This document shows positions 1 to 11,255 of a DNA stretch of 64,000 nucleotides, in pieces. The translations under genes and the position numbers were made by a program. This DNA comes from Candidatus Nanopelagicales bacterium (lineage in GTDB: Bacteria > Actinomycetota > Actinomycetes > S36-B12): contig JBBARV010000002.1 in assembly GCA_040399625.1 (NCBI GenBank), forward strand, positions 83,599-147,598. The letters are read 5' to 3'. The notes below the pieces were generated by a model that saw only the letters and a list, made by a program, of their open reading frames with translations, was not told where the DNA came from and searched no databases. Positions within the stretch are counted from its first letter, which is position 1, and each line of letters opens with the position of its first letter.

Positions 1-17
1 AAACACGAGTCCCACGT

Positions 18-1094
18 TCATGAACACGATAACCCCCAACGCGCCAATTCCTTGGCAGCATTTGATGATTTCCCAGCCTTCATTGCGGACTGCATTTGAT
101 CCAGTTCTGATGCGTTAAGGATCAATGGCAGAATTTCACCCACGATCAATTCCCGCGTGAAAGCCGAGTTGTCATAGACACGCGCTGCCCCACTGTCAAT
201 CAATTTTTGAGCGTTCCGCTTTTGCTCTCCATTTCCGATAGGAAGTGGGATAAAAATTGCAGGGATACCTACGGTTGAAATCTCGGCCACGCTCATAGCG
301 CCTGCGCGGGCAATAACTAAATCAGCCGCGCTATAGGCCAGGTCCATGCGATCGATGAATGGAACGGGCAGATAGCACGCTCCGGAATTGTCTGTCATTT
401 CACATCCTGATTGAAAGTTTGCGCCCCCCACCGAATGGATGACACTTACGCCGGCAGCCAAGCACTCTGGTACCGCTGCAACACACGCAGAATTAATGGA
501 TTGCGCTCCCTGGGAACCGCCAAAGACGAGGAGGACGGGACCTGTTTGTGGGAGATTAAAAAACTCACGGGCCTTGATTCGGTTGTTTTGCCGATCGAGT
601 GCAACGATTTCTTCACTCAGTGGCATACCGATTACCCGAGCCCCCGGGATTACTCCATCAAACATGGATGCCACATGGGGGGTGATTCGCGACCCCAACT
701 TATTTGCCAACCCAGCAGTTGAATTTGCTTCGTGAACGATTACACACAATCCCAAACTCTTTGCGGCTAAATACGCTGGTGCACTTGCATACCCACCGAA
801 CCCGATGACAACATCTGTTTTGTTTTTTTTCATAAATTTACGAGCCAGATGGATGGACTTAATAAATTTCGGGGTGAATGCGATTGCTTGCCCATCTAGT
901 TTTCGGGGAAACGGTGCTGACGGTAGTAGCTCAAGTGCTAGTCCAGTCGGAGGAACCAATGTTGTATCAAGCCCGCGATCCGTTCCCATGATGGTGACTT
1001 CGGCGCTGGGATCTAGTTCAAGAATGGCTCGAGCGGTGTTTATAGCCGGATACACGTGACCGGCGCTTCCACCAGCTGCGAGTACAAATTTCAT
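18..1094 (-). CDS. murG: MurG, lipid I GlcNAc transferase (GT28)
   Basis: 358-aa ORF with N-terminal GGSAGHVYPA glycine loop and FGGSQGA in the C-terminal half. Lies next to ftsW in canonical dcw order. Confidence 0.93.
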   Translation of the reverse strand: MKFVLAAGGSAGHVYPAINTARAILELDPSAEVTIMGTDRGLDTTLVPPTGLALELLPSAPFPRKLDGQAIAFTPKFIKSIHLARKFMKKNKTDVVIGFGGYASAPAYLAAKSLGLCVIVHEANSTAGLANKLGSRITPHVASMFDGVIPGARVIGMPLSEEIVALDRQNNRIKAREFFNLPQTGPVLLVFGGSQGAQSINSACVAAVPECLAAGVSVIHSVGGANFQSGCEMTDNSGACYLPVPFIDRMDLAYSAADLVIARAGAMSVAEISTVGIPAIFIPLPIGNGEQKRNAQKLIDSGAARVYDNSAFTRELIVGEILPLILNASELDQMQSAMKAGKSSNAAKELARWGLSCS

Positions 1095-1121
1095 TGCAAT
1101 TATCCCCTAAAACACTAATGG

Positions 1122-2348
1122 TTAGCGTCGACGCATAGCGGAGGCCGTCTGTCGACGCCGAATAATGTGGCGAGCTCCTGGTTCGTTCCGGGCGCACGCC
1201 AGCAACATGCCAATTGCGATCAAGGTGGGAATCAAGGAAGAACCTCCGTAGGACACAAGCGGAAGTGGGACTCCGGTCACGGGCAGCAGTCCGAGCACTG
1301 CACCAATGTTGATCACGGCCTGAACAACGATCCATGAGCCAACGCCGGCTGCTGCTAAACGCACGAATGGTTCCCGTGAATTTTTGCTTAACCGAAAAAT
1401 CGAGAATGCCAGGATCCCAAACAGCAGCAAGACCGCAGATGTTCCTACTAAGCCCAGCTCTTCACCAATGACAGGAAAAATAAAGTCGGTATGTGCTTCC
1501 GGGAGTGAGCCCCATTTCTCACGGCTACCGCCAAGCCCAACTCCCCAAATGCCACCTGTTCCAAGGGCGTATTGGCCTTGTGCGACCTGCCAACCAAACC
1601 CGAGGCGATCTGATTCAGGATTGAGCCAGTTAGTGATTCGTTCCATGCGATAGGGCGCTGCAAGGGTCAACAGCCACACGGCAAAAAGGCCGAAACCGCC
1701 GAAGAGTGCGAACATGCGCATCGGGATCCCTGCGGCGAAAAGAATCCCGCACAAGATCGCGCCAAGCATTAAGGTATTTCCAAAGTCACCTTGTAATAAA
1801 ACAAGGATCATCATGAGCCCAGCCACGGGAAGGATGGGTACCAAGATATTCCTCCAAGTGGGAATATGGCGATCTTTCCGAGTCAAGACTTCGGCACCCC
1901 AAATAACAAGTGCGAGCTTGGCGAATTCACTCGGTTGCAATCTAAACGGACCGAATATCTCAATCCAGTTCCGTTGACCTGCAACTTCAACCCCAATAAC
2001 TAGTACCAAGAAGAGCAGTACAAACGCAATTGCCAGAAACACCCAGGCGCTCTTTCGCCAAAATTGAATTGACGAACGAGCCGCAAAAATTAAGGCAATG
2101 ACGCCGACAACGGCAAAAAGCGCCTGACGCTGAGCCAACGTGTAGGCGGATCCAAAAACACGGACACTTTCCACCGAAGAGGCCGAAAGCACCATGACCA
2201 GACCAAGTCCCAGCAGCAACAGCGTCGAACCCATTATCAAGTAATACGTACTCAATGGGTGCTCTGCCAACAGAGCGAACCGAGATGTTTTATAGGCGTC
2301 GGTAATCTTGTTCAACCCGGCGGATACGGGCCGAGTGCGCAGCGACAT
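1122..2348 (-). CDS. ftsW: FtsW, SEDS-family cell-division peptidoglycan polymerase/lipid II protein
   Basis: 408-aa polytopic membrane ORF with SEDS signature ...LPVTGVPLPLVSYGGSS.... Its ATG overlaps the murD stop by 1 nt (TAATG). Confidence 0.9.
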   Translation of the reverse strand: MSLRTRPVSAGLNKITDAYKTSRFALLAEHPLSTYYLIMGSTLLLLGLGLVMVLSASSVESVRVFGSAYTLAQRQALFAVVGVIALIFAARSSIQFWRKSAWVFLAIAFVLLFLVLVIGVEVAGQRNWIEIFGPFRLQPSEFAKLALVIWGAEVLTRKDRHIPTWRNILVPILPVAGLMMILVLLQGDFGNTLMLGAILCGILFAAGIPMRMFALFGGFGLFAVWLLTLAAPYRMERITNWLNPESDRLGFGWQVAQGQYALGTGGIWGVGLGGSREKWGSLPEAHTDFIFPVIGEELGLVGTSAVLLLFGILAFSIFRLSKNSREPFVRLAAAGVGSWIVVQAVINIGAVLGLLPVTGVPLPLVSYGGSSLIPTLIAIGMLLACARNEPGARHIIRRRQTASAMRRR

Positions 2349-3811
2349 TAGCGACCCAATTCATTCATAACCGCGCTGGCAAAGACTTCACCGCGATGGG
2401 AATAGTTCGTAAACATGTCCCAGGAAGCACACCCGGGTGCAAGCAAAACGGTGTCACCACTGACCGCCCGCTCGCTCGCGATCTGGACGGCCTCGTTCAT
2501 GGCACTAGTCTCTCGAGTGACCAGTGTGATTACTGGGACATTTGGGGCGTGTCGGGTGAGGGCGTCGGCAATTATCGGGGCATCGGTCCCCAGTAAAATT
2601 GCGGTCTTAATTCGGCCCGCATGGGCCAGCACCAGCTCGTCGAAATCCTGCCCTTTGGCCAATCCACCTGCGATCCAAATTACCGAAGAATACGAGGAAA
2701 GGGATTTGTGGGCCGCGTGTGCATTTGTCGCCTTTGAGTCATCGATATAGGTGACTCCTCCCCTATTGGCAACCAAGGCATTTCGGTGGGGAGCCGGGTT
2801 AAAATCACGGAGGCCATCACGAACGGCCGCCGGTGGCACACGATTTTCTTCACCCGAATTGATGGCACCGAATGCTCGGGCTAATGCCGCAGCAGCAAGC
2901 GCGTTCTCCGTATTGTGCTCCCCCACTGGATGAATGTCGCTTACGAGGGCTATCTCCTGGGCGTAATCCCTTCGGTTGGGAATAAATGCACGGTCCACGA
3001 GCGCGCCATCAACAACACCCAACTCACTTAGTCCAGGGATGCCGCGAGTGAAACCGACCGCACGACAACCCTCTAAAACTTCGGCAGATTCGACCATCGA
3101 CAATGTTGATTCTTCGTGGCCGTTGTATACGGCTGCATATTGGGTCCGCTCATAAATACGGGCTTTTGCTTGTGCATATTGGCTAAAATTGCCGAAGTGA
3201 TCAATATGATCCGATGCCAGGTTTAAACAGACCGACGCCAATGGACTCATGGAATGAACAAATGGCAGTTGCGGAGCGCCTACCTCGACTGCAATCACGT
3301 CAAGCTCGTCGTGCATCACTACACCCACCAATGAGTGCCCAATATTCCCCGCTGCCTCAGTACGCAGCCCAGCAGATCGCAAGATGGATTCCAACATGAG
3401 TGTTGTTGTCGTCTTACCGTTAGTACCGGTCACACACAACCAAGGAGCGCCACCACTTTTAGCGCGGATCCTCCACGCCAGTTCAAGTTCGCCCCAGATG
3501 GGGATTCCTTTAAGCTCCGCCTGTTTGTGGAACTGGTGCTGTGGCGTCAGTCCCGGTGATGTCACCACCAAGTCAAAATTCTCGCTTGGAAGCTCACCCG
3601 CACTCAAGAAAACCGATGCTCCAAGGGAACCAAGGATATTTGCTCGTTCACTCACTTCATCAGTTGATGAAGAATCAACGATACTCACCTGGGATCCCAG
3701 TTGCATGAGGGCATCCGCTGACGCAAAACCAGCAACGCCCAGACCTAAAACTGCAACGTTAAGAGATGACCAGTTTGCATCACGTGAAGTGAGCTCATCA
3801 AGATTGTGCAT
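2348..3811 (-). CDS. murD: MurD, UDP-MurNAc-L-Ala:D-Glu ligase
   Basis: Mur ligase P-loop VTGTNGKTTTT and N-terminal GLGVAGF Rossmann-like loop. The ORF track extends to 3910; I place the start at ATG 3811 (MHNLDEL...), which forms an ATGA overlap with the mraY stop. ATG 3826 is an alternative. Confidence 0.9.
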   Translation of the reverse strand: MHNLDELTSRDANWSSLNVAVLGLGVAGFASADALMQLGSQVSIVDSSSTDEVSERANILGSLGASVFLSAGELPSENFDLVVTSPGLTPQHQFHKQAELKGIPIWGELELAWRIRAKSGGAPWLCVTGTNGKTTTTLMLESILRSAGLRTEAAGNIGHSLVGVVMHDELDVIAVEVGAPQLPFVHSMSPLASVCLNLASDHIDHFGNFSQYAQAKARIYERTQYAAVYNGHEESTLSMVESAEVLEGCRAVGFTRGIPGLSELGVVDGALVDRAFIPNRRDYAQEIALVSDIHPVGEHNTENALAAAALARAFGAINSGEENRVPPAAVRDGLRDFNPAPHRNALVANRGGVTYIDDSKATNAHAAHKSLSSYSSVIWIAGGLAKGQDFDELVLAHAGRIKTAILLGTDAPIIADALTRHAPNVPVITLVTRETSAMNEAVQIASERAVSGDTVLLAPGCASWDMFTNYSHRGEVFASAVMNELGR

Positions 3812-4878
3812 CAAGCCCGAACCCATTCTGCATAAAATATAGTCAGTCCCGCACCGATACACAGACCTTGAATGATCCAAAACCTCACAACGATTTGGAT
3901 CTCGGGCCACCCCAGCATTTCAAAATGGTGATGTAGTGGTGCCATCCGGAAAATTCGCTTTCCCGTCAATTTATATGATCCGACTTGGCCAATCACGGAC
4001 AAAGTCGTGATAAGGAATAGGCCCGCAAGCAGCGGCAGCAAAAGTTCAGTGCGTGTGAGTACTGCCAGACCTGCGATTCCACCACCGAGTGCGAGGGAAC
4101 CTGTATCTCCCATAAAGATTCGAGCGGGAGAGGTGTTAAACCAAAGGAAACCAAAACTTGCACCAGCTGTAGCAGCAGCAACCATTGCTAAATCAAGTGG
4201 ATTTTGAGTGTTGTAACAAAACTGGGTGACTTCGAAGGCGCAATTCTGTCCATATTGCCAAATCGCCAGAAGCACATACGCCAAGAAACTCATAATTGCT
4301 GCGCCAACGGCCAATCCGTCAAGACCGTCTGTGAGATTTACGCCATTGGTTGTTGCTGTCACCAGGAACCACACCCATAGCAAGAAAAGTCCTAATGGCA
4401 GGACGATGCTGGTGTCGCGAACAAAGGAAATAGCCATCGATGCCGCCGTATTCCCCGTTGCATCGGGGAATTGAACCGATAAATACGCAAAGGAAAACGC
4501 TACAACCGCCTGACCAATTAGCTTTGTCCTAGCTCTGAGCCCAGTACTTCGCTGCTTGAAAATCTTTAAATAGTCGTCCGCAAAACCAACCAAGCCCAGA
4601 CCGACCATGAGGTAGAGAACGAGCAACGCTGAGATTGAAATCGGTCGCCAAGTGAATAAATGCGTGAGGAAGTAACCTCCAAGCACAGCGATGATTATGG
4701 CGAGTCCACCCATGGATGGTGTACCGCGCTTTCCTTCGTGTGCGGGATACAGTCGGCCTTCTTGTGACGCACGGATCGCTTGGGAGTACCCGTGTTTGCG
4801 CAGCAAGTTAATGAGTAAAGGTGTTCCGAGAAAAGAAATCAATGTCGCTATCGCACCCGCGATAACGACTAGCCTCAT
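3811..4878 (-). CDS. mraY: MraY, phospho-MurNAc-pentapeptide translocase
   Basis: 355-aa membrane ORF with NGVNLTDGLDGLA and DTGSLALGG motifs. 4-nt overlap with the murF stop. Confidence 0.95.
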   Translation of the reverse strand: MRLVVIAGAIATLISFLGTPLLINLLRKHGYSQAIRASQEGRLYPAHEGKRGTPSMGGLAIIIAVLGGYFLTHLFTWRPISISALLVLYLMVGLGLVGFADDYLKIFKQRSTGLRARTKLIGQAVVAFSFAYLSVQFPDATGNTAASMAISFVRDTSIVLPLGLFLLWVWFLVTATTNGVNLTDGLDGLAVGAAIMSFLAYVLLAIWQYGQNCAFEVTQFCYNTQNPLDLAMVAAATAGASFGFLWFNTSPARIFMGDTGSLALGGGIAGLAVLTRTELLLPLLAGLFLITTLSVIGQVGSYKLTGKRIFRMAPLHHHFEMLGWPEIQIVVRFWIIQGLCIGAGLTIFYAEWVRA

Positions 4879-6341
4879 GGAGCTCCCTGCTCTCGATCCG
4901 ATCCCAACCCAAAGTCTTCGCCAACATTACTTAATGAAAGCTTCAAAACTTCGCTGGCCACTCGATCAAGACCAACTGATCGCGATGCTTTCACTAAAAC
5001 AATGTCACCTGGCTTCAACTGAGCCGCCAATAGCTTCATGGCCTCATCGATGTCAGAAACCCAGGACGACTCATCACCCCATGATCCTTCGTTCGATGCT
5101 GCCAAGTGCATTACTTTGGTCGCCGCACCCACGCACACTAAGCGTGAAATATCTAGGCGTACAGCTAATCTGCCAACCGAGTCATGCGCGTCCAAGGAAT
5201 ATTCACCCAGCTCACGCATCTCACCCAAAATGGCCCAGGTGCGACGACGCGGCTCGCGAGAACCTAATTGAGCCAATGTTTTAAGTGCGGCACGCATCGA
5301 TTCAGGATTCGCGTTGTACGCATCATTGATTACCGTTATGCCATTGGCACCCTCGGTTACTTCCATTCGCCATTTACTAGTCACATTTACGTTGCTAAGA
5401 AACTCGCACGCAGTTTTAAAAGGTACTCCCACCGCAACACTTGCACTGAGTGCCGCTAACGCATTACTGACATAATGTTCACCGATTAACTTGACATGTA
5501 CCGGGTGTGCATCATCTCGGTAATTCGCGAGAAACCGAGTTGTTCCATCAGGATCAATACTCACACCGCTGGCATTAACATCGCTGCCCTCCGTCTCACC
5601 AAAGGTCAGCAGAGAGCAATAGAGTCCTTCGCTCATCTTGGCTACAAATGGATCGTCTTTATTAAGGATCGCAACTCCATTAGCCGGCAGGGCGCGCACC
5701 AACTCGCCCTTAGCTATCGCAATGTTTTCCACATTGCCAAGCAATTCGATGTGCGCTGATCCAACGTTGAGAACGACCCCGATATGAGGTTCTGCGATCT
5801 CAGCGAGAGTGGTGATCTGACCGAGTCCGCGCATACCCATCTCTAAAACGAGAAATTGAGTATCAACTTCAGCGCTGAGGATAGTGAGTGGTAATCCCAC
5901 TTCGGTATTGAACGAACCGGGTGGGGAAACGCATTGGCCGTACTGTCCCAAAATCCCAGCGATTAAATCTTTTGTTGAAGTTTTCCCACTTGAGCCCGTA
6001 ATGCCGATAACCCGAGCCTTGAGCACGTTCAGGCGAACCCAGTGAGCAATTTCACCCAGAGCAATTAAGGGATCAGAAACTCTCAGTAGTGGAAGACCCA
6101 CTGGTTCAGAAAAATTAGATTGCGTTGCGACAATAGCCAGAGATGCTCCGGCTGATTGAACGTCTACCAAAAAATCGTGTCCATCAACTTTCTCGCCAGC
6201 GAGCGCGACAAATATTCCATTTTTGATCGGGCTTCGCGAGTCGACATAGAATCCAGGAATGCTGAGAACTTGCTCGTGATCACAGCCGGTGAGAACTCCT
6301 CCCGTAATGTCTGCCAGTTGTTTTCCGGTGAAATCAATCAT
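4875..6341 (-). CDS. murF: MurF, UDP-MurNAc-tripeptide:D-Ala-D-Ala ligase
   Basis: 488-aa ORF with Mur ligase P-loop ITGSSGKTSTKD. Sits between murE and mraY. Confidence 0.9.
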   Translation of the reverse strand: MIDFTGKQLADITGGVLTGCDHEQVLSIPGFYVDSRSPIKNGIFVALAGEKVDGHDFLVDVQSAGASLAIVATQSNFSEPVGLPLLRVSDPLIALGEIAHWVRLNVLKARVIGITGSSGKTSTKDLIAGILGQYGQCVSPPGSFNTEVGLPLTILSAEVDTQFLVLEMGMRGLGQITTLAEIAEPHIGVVLNVGSAHIELLGNVENIAIAKGELVRALPANGVAILNKDDPFVAKMSEGLYCSLLTFGETEGSDVNASGVSIDPDGTTRFLANYRDDAHPVHVKLIGEHYVSNALAALSASVAVGVPFKTACEFLSNVNVTSKWRMEVTEGANGITVINDAYNANPESMRAALKTLAQLGSREPRRRTWAILGEMRELGEYSLDAHDSVGRLAVRLDISRLVCVGAATKVMHLAASNEGSWGDESSWVSDIDEAMKLLAAQLKPGDIVLVKASRSVGLDRVASEVLKLSLSNVGEDFGLGSDREQGAP

Positions 6342-7839
6342 GTGAACCCTCTTCCCTTAACAGTCCAGCAACGACATCGACGTCACTAAATTCAATAATT
6401 TGGCCCATGATCTCCTGACCTCGCTCATGGCCTTTGCCCAGGATCGCCACTACATCGTGGCCGCCGGCTAATTCCAGTGCTCGAGCAATTGCATTACGCC
6501 GATCTCCTATCTCGATCACTTGCGACCCGGGGGATGTCGCGGCACCCTCAAGAATTTGTTGACGAATTTGGGCCGGATCCTCCGAGCGCGGATTGTCATC
6601 TGTGACGATCAAGATGTCGGACAGACCTGCTCCCACACTTCCCATGGTCGCGCGCTTGCTGGCATCACGATCTCCACCAGCCCCTAGGACAGTAATTATT
6701 CGCCCACCGAATTCGCTTTTAAGCCCGGTTAAAAATTCCGAAACAGACTCCGGTGAATGGGCGTAGTCGACAAAGAATGAAGCACCGCCGCGGGTGCCGA
6801 CCAGTTCGCCTCTACCCGCAACGGTTGCCCGGCAGATTGCTTTCACGACATTATGGCCACGAATTCCCACGTGGTCCAAAACCGACAGCGCCAACGCGGC
6901 ATTAAGTGCATTAATTTTTCCTGGTAAAGCCAGCGCATCCAATCCGATTTCATCACGTGGACCGCTAATTATCCAAGAAGAAACCGATGAAGAACCAGGT
7001 GACCGCCTTAGCTTCCAAGTAGGCGCGCCTACCGTGCCCACAGACTCATAGGGAATCTCAACCTTTTCGCAGAGCTCTACCCCCCACGGGCCATCCGTGC
7101 ATATGAGCGCGAATCGCGCAAATTTGGGCGCAAAAAGTTGTGCTTTTGCCGCGAAATACTCGGGCATTGAACTGTGGTAATCAAGGTGATCATGCGAGAG
7201 ATTCGTGAATGCAACGCAGTCAAATTTCAATCCATTAACTCGATGCTCAGACAAGGCGATGCTAGAGACTTCCATAGCAATAATTTTGACACCGGCAGCT
7301 TTCATCCGTGCAAGTGTGCGAAAAAGATCCGGCGCCTCAGGAGTTGTGCGAATACTGACAATTTCTTCGTCATTAATCAAGGTTGCAAGAGTTCCAACCA
7401 GCCCAGCACTTATGCCAACCGCTCGTGCAGCCTGGTAAATCATGCTGGTGGTGGTGCTCTTCCCATTGGTGCCGGTGACTCCAATCATGATCATGTCGGA
7501 TGCAGGATCCCCATAAACCAAAGCACACACCTCACCAAGATGAACCCGCGGATCGCTCACCACAAGCACGGGAATGTTGCGCGAAAGATCAGAGTCTTCA
7601 ATAAGTCGAACTCCAGAAGAATCGGTCAAAATTGCAGATGCTCCACGTTGAATTGCCTGCCCACTAAAGCGAGCCCCATGAACAGATCGACCGGGAAGGG
7701 CGGCAAATAACTCACCCTCTTGGATCGTGGTGGAATCCAATGAGACACCAGTGACCACAACACCGGAGTCCCCCGAGAGTTGGCCACCAATAAGTGAAGC
7801 AATCTCGACAACTGATGTCGAAGTCACGTTAGCCTCCAA
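6334..7839 (-). CDS. murE: MurE, UDP-MurNAc-L-Ala-D-Glu:diamino acid ligase
   Basis: 501-aa ORF with P-loop GVTGTNGKSTTT and C-terminal VTDDNPRSEDP (DNPR-type substrate motif). Confidence 0.9.
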   Translation of the reverse strand: MEANVTSTSVVEIASLIGGQLSGDSGVVVTGVSLDSTTIQEGELFAALPGRSVHGARFSGQAIQRGASAILTDSSGVRLIEDSDLSRNIPVLVVSDPRVHLGEVCALVYGDPASDMIMIGVTGTNGKSTTTSMIYQAARAVGISAGLVGTLATLINDEEIVSIRTTPEAPDLFRTLARMKAAGVKIIAMEVSSIALSEHRVNGLKFDCVAFTNLSHDHLDYHSSMPEYFAAKAQLFAPKFARFALICTDGPWGVELCEKVEIPYESVGTVGAPTWKLRRSPGSSSVSSWIISGPRDEIGLDALALPGKINALNAALALSVLDHVGIRGHNVVKAICRATVAGRGELVGTRGGASFFVDYAHSPESVSEFLTGLKSEFGGRIITVLGAGGDRDASKRATMGSVGAGLSDILIVTDDNPRSEDPAQIRQQILEGAATSPGSQVIEIGDRRNAIARALELAGGHDVVAILGKGHERGQEIMGQIIEFSDVDVVAGLLREEGSHD

Positions 7840-9601
7840 AAGTCAAGGCAAGTTTAGGTGCTTTTGAACCTGTAGGCGGGATCTCTAGTGCCCCAAGTGC
7901 ATAACTTGCGACCTTTTTGAAAACTGGAGCGCCTAATTCACCGCCGTAACGGCCACTTTGCGGTTGAGATAGGAAGACGGCGACTACAAGTCGCGGATTG
8001 TCCGCCGGAACCATGCCGGCAAATGAAGCAATAACTTGATTGTTGTAACCACCCGTCCGTTCGTCAACGACTTGGGCAGTGCCCGTCTTGCCACCAACAC
8101 GGTAGCCGGGTATTTTGGCATTCGTTCCAGTGCCACCCTCACCAACGGCACTCTCAAGCATTGCCCTTACTTGAATTGCCGTCTCGCGCGAAACAACACG
8201 CGTTGTAACCGGTGCCTCCGGCTCTTCAACACTTCCGTCTGAGTGAACAATTTTTTTAACTAAGGACGGTTCAACGCGCAATCCGTCATTTGCAATAGTT
8301 GAGAAGACGCTCGCTACCTGCACAGCGTTGACGCTGAGTCCTTGACCGAAAGCAATTGTAGGGAATGACGTAGGGGACCAATCTTCATATTCGGGGACAA
8401 ATCCACTGGTTTCTCCCGGAAATCCCAGCCCGGTTGGCTGACCGATCCCAAATTTCTTTAAATATTTGGAAAGCTTTTTCCCGCCGATCCGTTCGGCAGC
8501 CAAGATCGTTCCAATGTTACTGGACTTTGCCATTACGCCACTTAGAGTCAAATTGATATTTCCATGCGGGGTTGAATCACGGAAATCTTTGTCACCACGC
8601 GGTAGGAAACTTGGGACTTTAATGGGAGTATAAGGAGTTGCGGCGCCTTCATTGATTACCGCGGCCAGAGTCATCACCTTGCTTGTCGAGCCCGGTTCAA
8701 ATGCAGAAGTTAGAGGCCTGTTATTAAGGTGTTTTTGAGGACTTTGAGTTGGAAAATTAGGGTCAAAAGTAGGTGCCGTCGCCAAAGCCAAAATTTGTCC
8801 ACTCTGTGGATCCATCACAACAACGGTTCCGTCAATTGCTCCCGAATTTTGTACCGCGACAGAGATTTCTTTTTGGGCAAAGTATTGAATGTCACGATCA
8901 ATTGTGAGCTCAATGTCAACACCAGGTTGCGCGTCTACTCGCACGGAAGATCCAGTGGGTATTGCCCTACCTCCCGGCCCACGCTCATAAGTTGATTCTC
9001 CAGGCTGGCCGCTGAGTTGGTCATTAAAAGCGTATTCGTACCCGCCCAAACCAGAGCCCTGACCACCCACAAAACCAATGACATTCGCCGCCAGGTCACC
9101 CGAAGGGTAAATTCGCCGTGTCGTATTTTCACTAAAAACTCCGGGTAGCCGCAACGCCGAGATTTGTTCCCAAGTTTGTGGAGTGACTTCTTTGGCCAAG
9201 TACATGAAGCGGCGGTCCCCCGTCAGTCGCTCGGCCAAAATATCGGCGTCTGCACCAAGAATCGGGGATAGGGCTTGTGCTACAGCAACCGGATCTGTGA
9301 CCATTGTTTGATCGGCTGTCACATTCTTGGCGTCAACGGTTATAGCTAAAGGTTCACCCGATGAATCTAAAATCGATCCACGCTCAGCTGGTAATTCAAC
9401 GGTTTTGAGTCTTTGGTCCAGCGCCGCAGACGCAAGCTTGTCGCCTTGGACGGCCTGCAGGTCAACAAGTCGACCTGCAAAAATCATGAGAACAAGAGTA
9501 GATACCAAGATAAGGGCAGTTCCCCGCTTGCGGGTATTACCCAAGTTGATTCTTGCCGTGCCGTAATCACTGAAGTTACGTCCGCCCCAATTCGTGCTCA
9601 T
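7829..9601 (-). CDS. ftsI: Class B penicillin-binding protein (FtsI/PbpB-type transpeptidase)
   Basis: 590-aa ORF with an N-terminal TM helix and transpeptidase motifs STSK, SSN and KTGT, in the dcw position. Confidence 0.9.
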   Translation of the reverse strand: MSTNWGGRNFSDYGTARINLGNTRKRGTALILVSTLVLMIFAGRLVDLQAVQGDKLASAALDQRLKTVELPAERGSILDSSGEPLAITVDAKNVTADQTMVTDPVAVAQALSPILGADADILAERLTGDRRFMYLAKEVTPQTWEQISALRLPGVFSENTTRRIYPSGDLAANVIGFVGGQGSGLGGYEYAFNDQLSGQPGESTYERGPGGRAIPTGSSVRVDAQPGVDIELTIDRDIQYFAQKEISVAVQNSGAIDGTVVVMDPQSGQILALATAPTFDPNFPTQSPQKHLNNRPLTSAFEPGSTSKVMTLAAVINEGAATPYTPIKVPSFLPRGDKDFRDSTPHGNINLTLSGVMAKSSNIGTILAAERIGGKKLSKYLKKFGIGQPTGLGFPGETSGFVPEYEDWSPTSFPTIAFGQGLSVNAVQVASVFSTIANDGLRVEPSLVKKIVHSDGSVEEPEAPVTTRVVSRETAIQVRAMLESAVGEGGTGTNAKIPGYRVGGKTGTAQVVDERTGGYNNQVIASFAGMVPADNPRLVVAVFLSQPQSGRYGGELGAPVFKKVASYALGALEIPPTGSKAPKLALTFGG

Positions 9602-9631
9602 GGCTGCTCAACCATTAACTTCACTTACGAC

Positions 9632-10267
9632 CTACTCGACCACGTTTGAATCAAGTGAGAGACCTTCGGAAATTACCTGAGAATTAACCAGTGTTGGTTC
9701 GGACCACTCACCCGTGGCCCTGCCCGCGTCCGCTGCCGCCGGATCGTAGTTCTCCCCCAAGGCAGGTGGCAGCCCTGAATTTGACTGTGCCTCAACAGCC
9801 TCGCCAACCGTTGCATCTGCAGGGGTTGCAACAGGAACACCAGGTGCAGGTTTCGGTTTGCCAAGAATCTTTCCACTGGGGATCTGGATAAACGCAGGGG
9901 TCGAACTGGGAACCATTCCGAGGTTGCGCGCCTTTTCCTCTAAGACTGTTGGCGCCGCGAGTGCGGCAACGCTTTCAATCAAAGTCGCTTCGGTCCGACT
10001 GAGTTCATCCTGTGTGGATCTCAGTTCACTCAGTGTGAAAGCCCCTTCGGCCATAGTCGTATTGAGCAGGAGCATGCCACAAAGGCCAACGCCTAAAATG
10101 CTCGCAAGAACAATCACGAACATGCCACGACTTGCCTTGCGGACTCGAATGGGTGCCACCAAACGCAAGTTTTCTCGGGTACGCCTGCGCACTCCGCGTG
10201 TTGCGTACTCGGTAACAGATTCACTTGACTGATTGAGTGAATGATCCAGTTGCGGGGCAGCGCTCAT
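9632..10267 (-). CDS. FtsL-like septal membrane protein (positional equivalent of Rv2164c)
   Basis: 211 aa with a single TM helix ([20 protein letters not shown]), then a short coiled-coil-like segment and a Pro/Ala-rich tail. 4-nt overlap with the rsmH stop. Assigned by position only. Confidence 0.55.
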   Translation of the reverse strand: MSAAPQLDHSLNQSSESVTEYATRGVRRRTRENLRLVAPIRVRKASRGMFVIVLASILGVGLCGMLLLNTTMAEGAFTLSELRSTQDELSRTEATLIESVAALAAPTVLEEKARNLGMVPSSTPAFIQIPSGKILGKPKPAPGVPVATPADATVGEAVEAQSNSGLPPALGENYDPAAADAGRATGEWSEPTLVNSQVISEGLSLDSNVVE

Positions 10268-11250
10268 GCAGCAACCCCCTCTCTCTTTTCTGACAAATCC
10301 TGAGTACGAATTCGCTCGGCCGCTCGAAGTCGAACTGAAGCTGAACGAGGATTCTGAGCAATCTCCTGTTCAGTTGCTTTTTCTGAACTTCGCGTCAATA
10401 GCCTCAACTCAGGCTTAGCTGCATCAGGGATGACCGGTAGGTCATGCGGGACATTCGCCACACTGCGCTGGGTGAATATCCGCTTAACGATTTTGTCTTC
10501 GAGTGACTGGTACGACATTGCCACGACCCGCCCACCCAACGTTAATGAATCAATCGCGCGCGGGATTGCACGTTCAAGAACGGTGAGCTCGGAATTCACT
10601 TCGATTCGCAGAGCTTGGAAGGTTCGTTTAGCAGGATTGCCTCCGGTGCGACGTGCAGCTGCTGGAATCGCATCCCTAATTAAGTCAACGAGACGTGCTG
10701 AATGATCAAATGGCTCGGCCTTGCGTTCGCGGACTACCCTTTCAACTATCCGGGTCGCAAATTTTTCATCACCGTAACTGCGTAAAATTCTTACTAGTTG
10801 TCCTGGCTCATAAGTGTTTAACACTTCGGCTGCAGTAATTCCGCATGATTGATCCATGCGCATGTCAAGAAAAGTGTCCACCGAATAGGAGAATCCGCGC
10901 TCGGGTTCATCAAGTTGCATACTGGAAACTCCGAGATCAAATAAAATTCCCTGCGCCCCAGAAAGGTTGTTTTCGGCGAGCACCTCAGGAATCTGGTCGT
11001 AGACAGCATGAACAAAGATGACACGCGAGCCAAAGGGTGCGAGTCTGTGAGTTGATAAATCAATCGCACTGAGATCACGGTCAAGACCAATGACGGTTAG
11101 TTCTGGCCAAGTGCTAAGGGCCAACTCGCTATGCCCACCATGACCCAGTGTTGCATCGATGAGCACTGCATTGGGTTGATCAAGTGCCGGAGCCAACAAC
11201 GCCAAAACCCGGTCCGCAAGGACCGGCGTATGACGGGGCTCGATTGACAT
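10264..11250 (-). CDS. rsmH: RsmH (MraW), 16S rRNA m4C1402 methyltransferase
   Basis: 328 aa with HTPVL...[13 protein letters not shown]-binding signature. Confidence 0.93.
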   Translation of the reverse strand: MSIEPRHTPVLADRVLALLAPALDQPNAVLIDATLGHGGHSELALSTWPELTVIGLDRDLSAIDLSTHRLAPFGSRVIFVHAVYDQIPEVLAENNLSGAQGILFDLGVSSMQLDEPERGFSYSVDTFLDMRMDQSCGITAAEVLNTYEPGQLVRILRSYGDEKFATRIVERVVRERKAEPFDHSARLVDLIRDAIPAAARRTGGNPAKRTFQALRIEVNSELTVLERAIPRAIDSLTLGGRVVAMSYQSLEDKIVKRIFTQRSVANVPHDLPVIPDAAKPELRLLTRSSEKATEQEIAQNPRSASVRLRAAERIRTQDLSEKREGVAA

Positions 11251-11255
11251 GTGCC

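Noticed and set aside
3812-3910. N-terminal extension of murD overlapping 100 nt of mraY
   Set aside because: ATG 3811 gives the usual ATGA coupling with the mraY stop and a normal MurD N-terminus. The extension has no MurD-like sequence.
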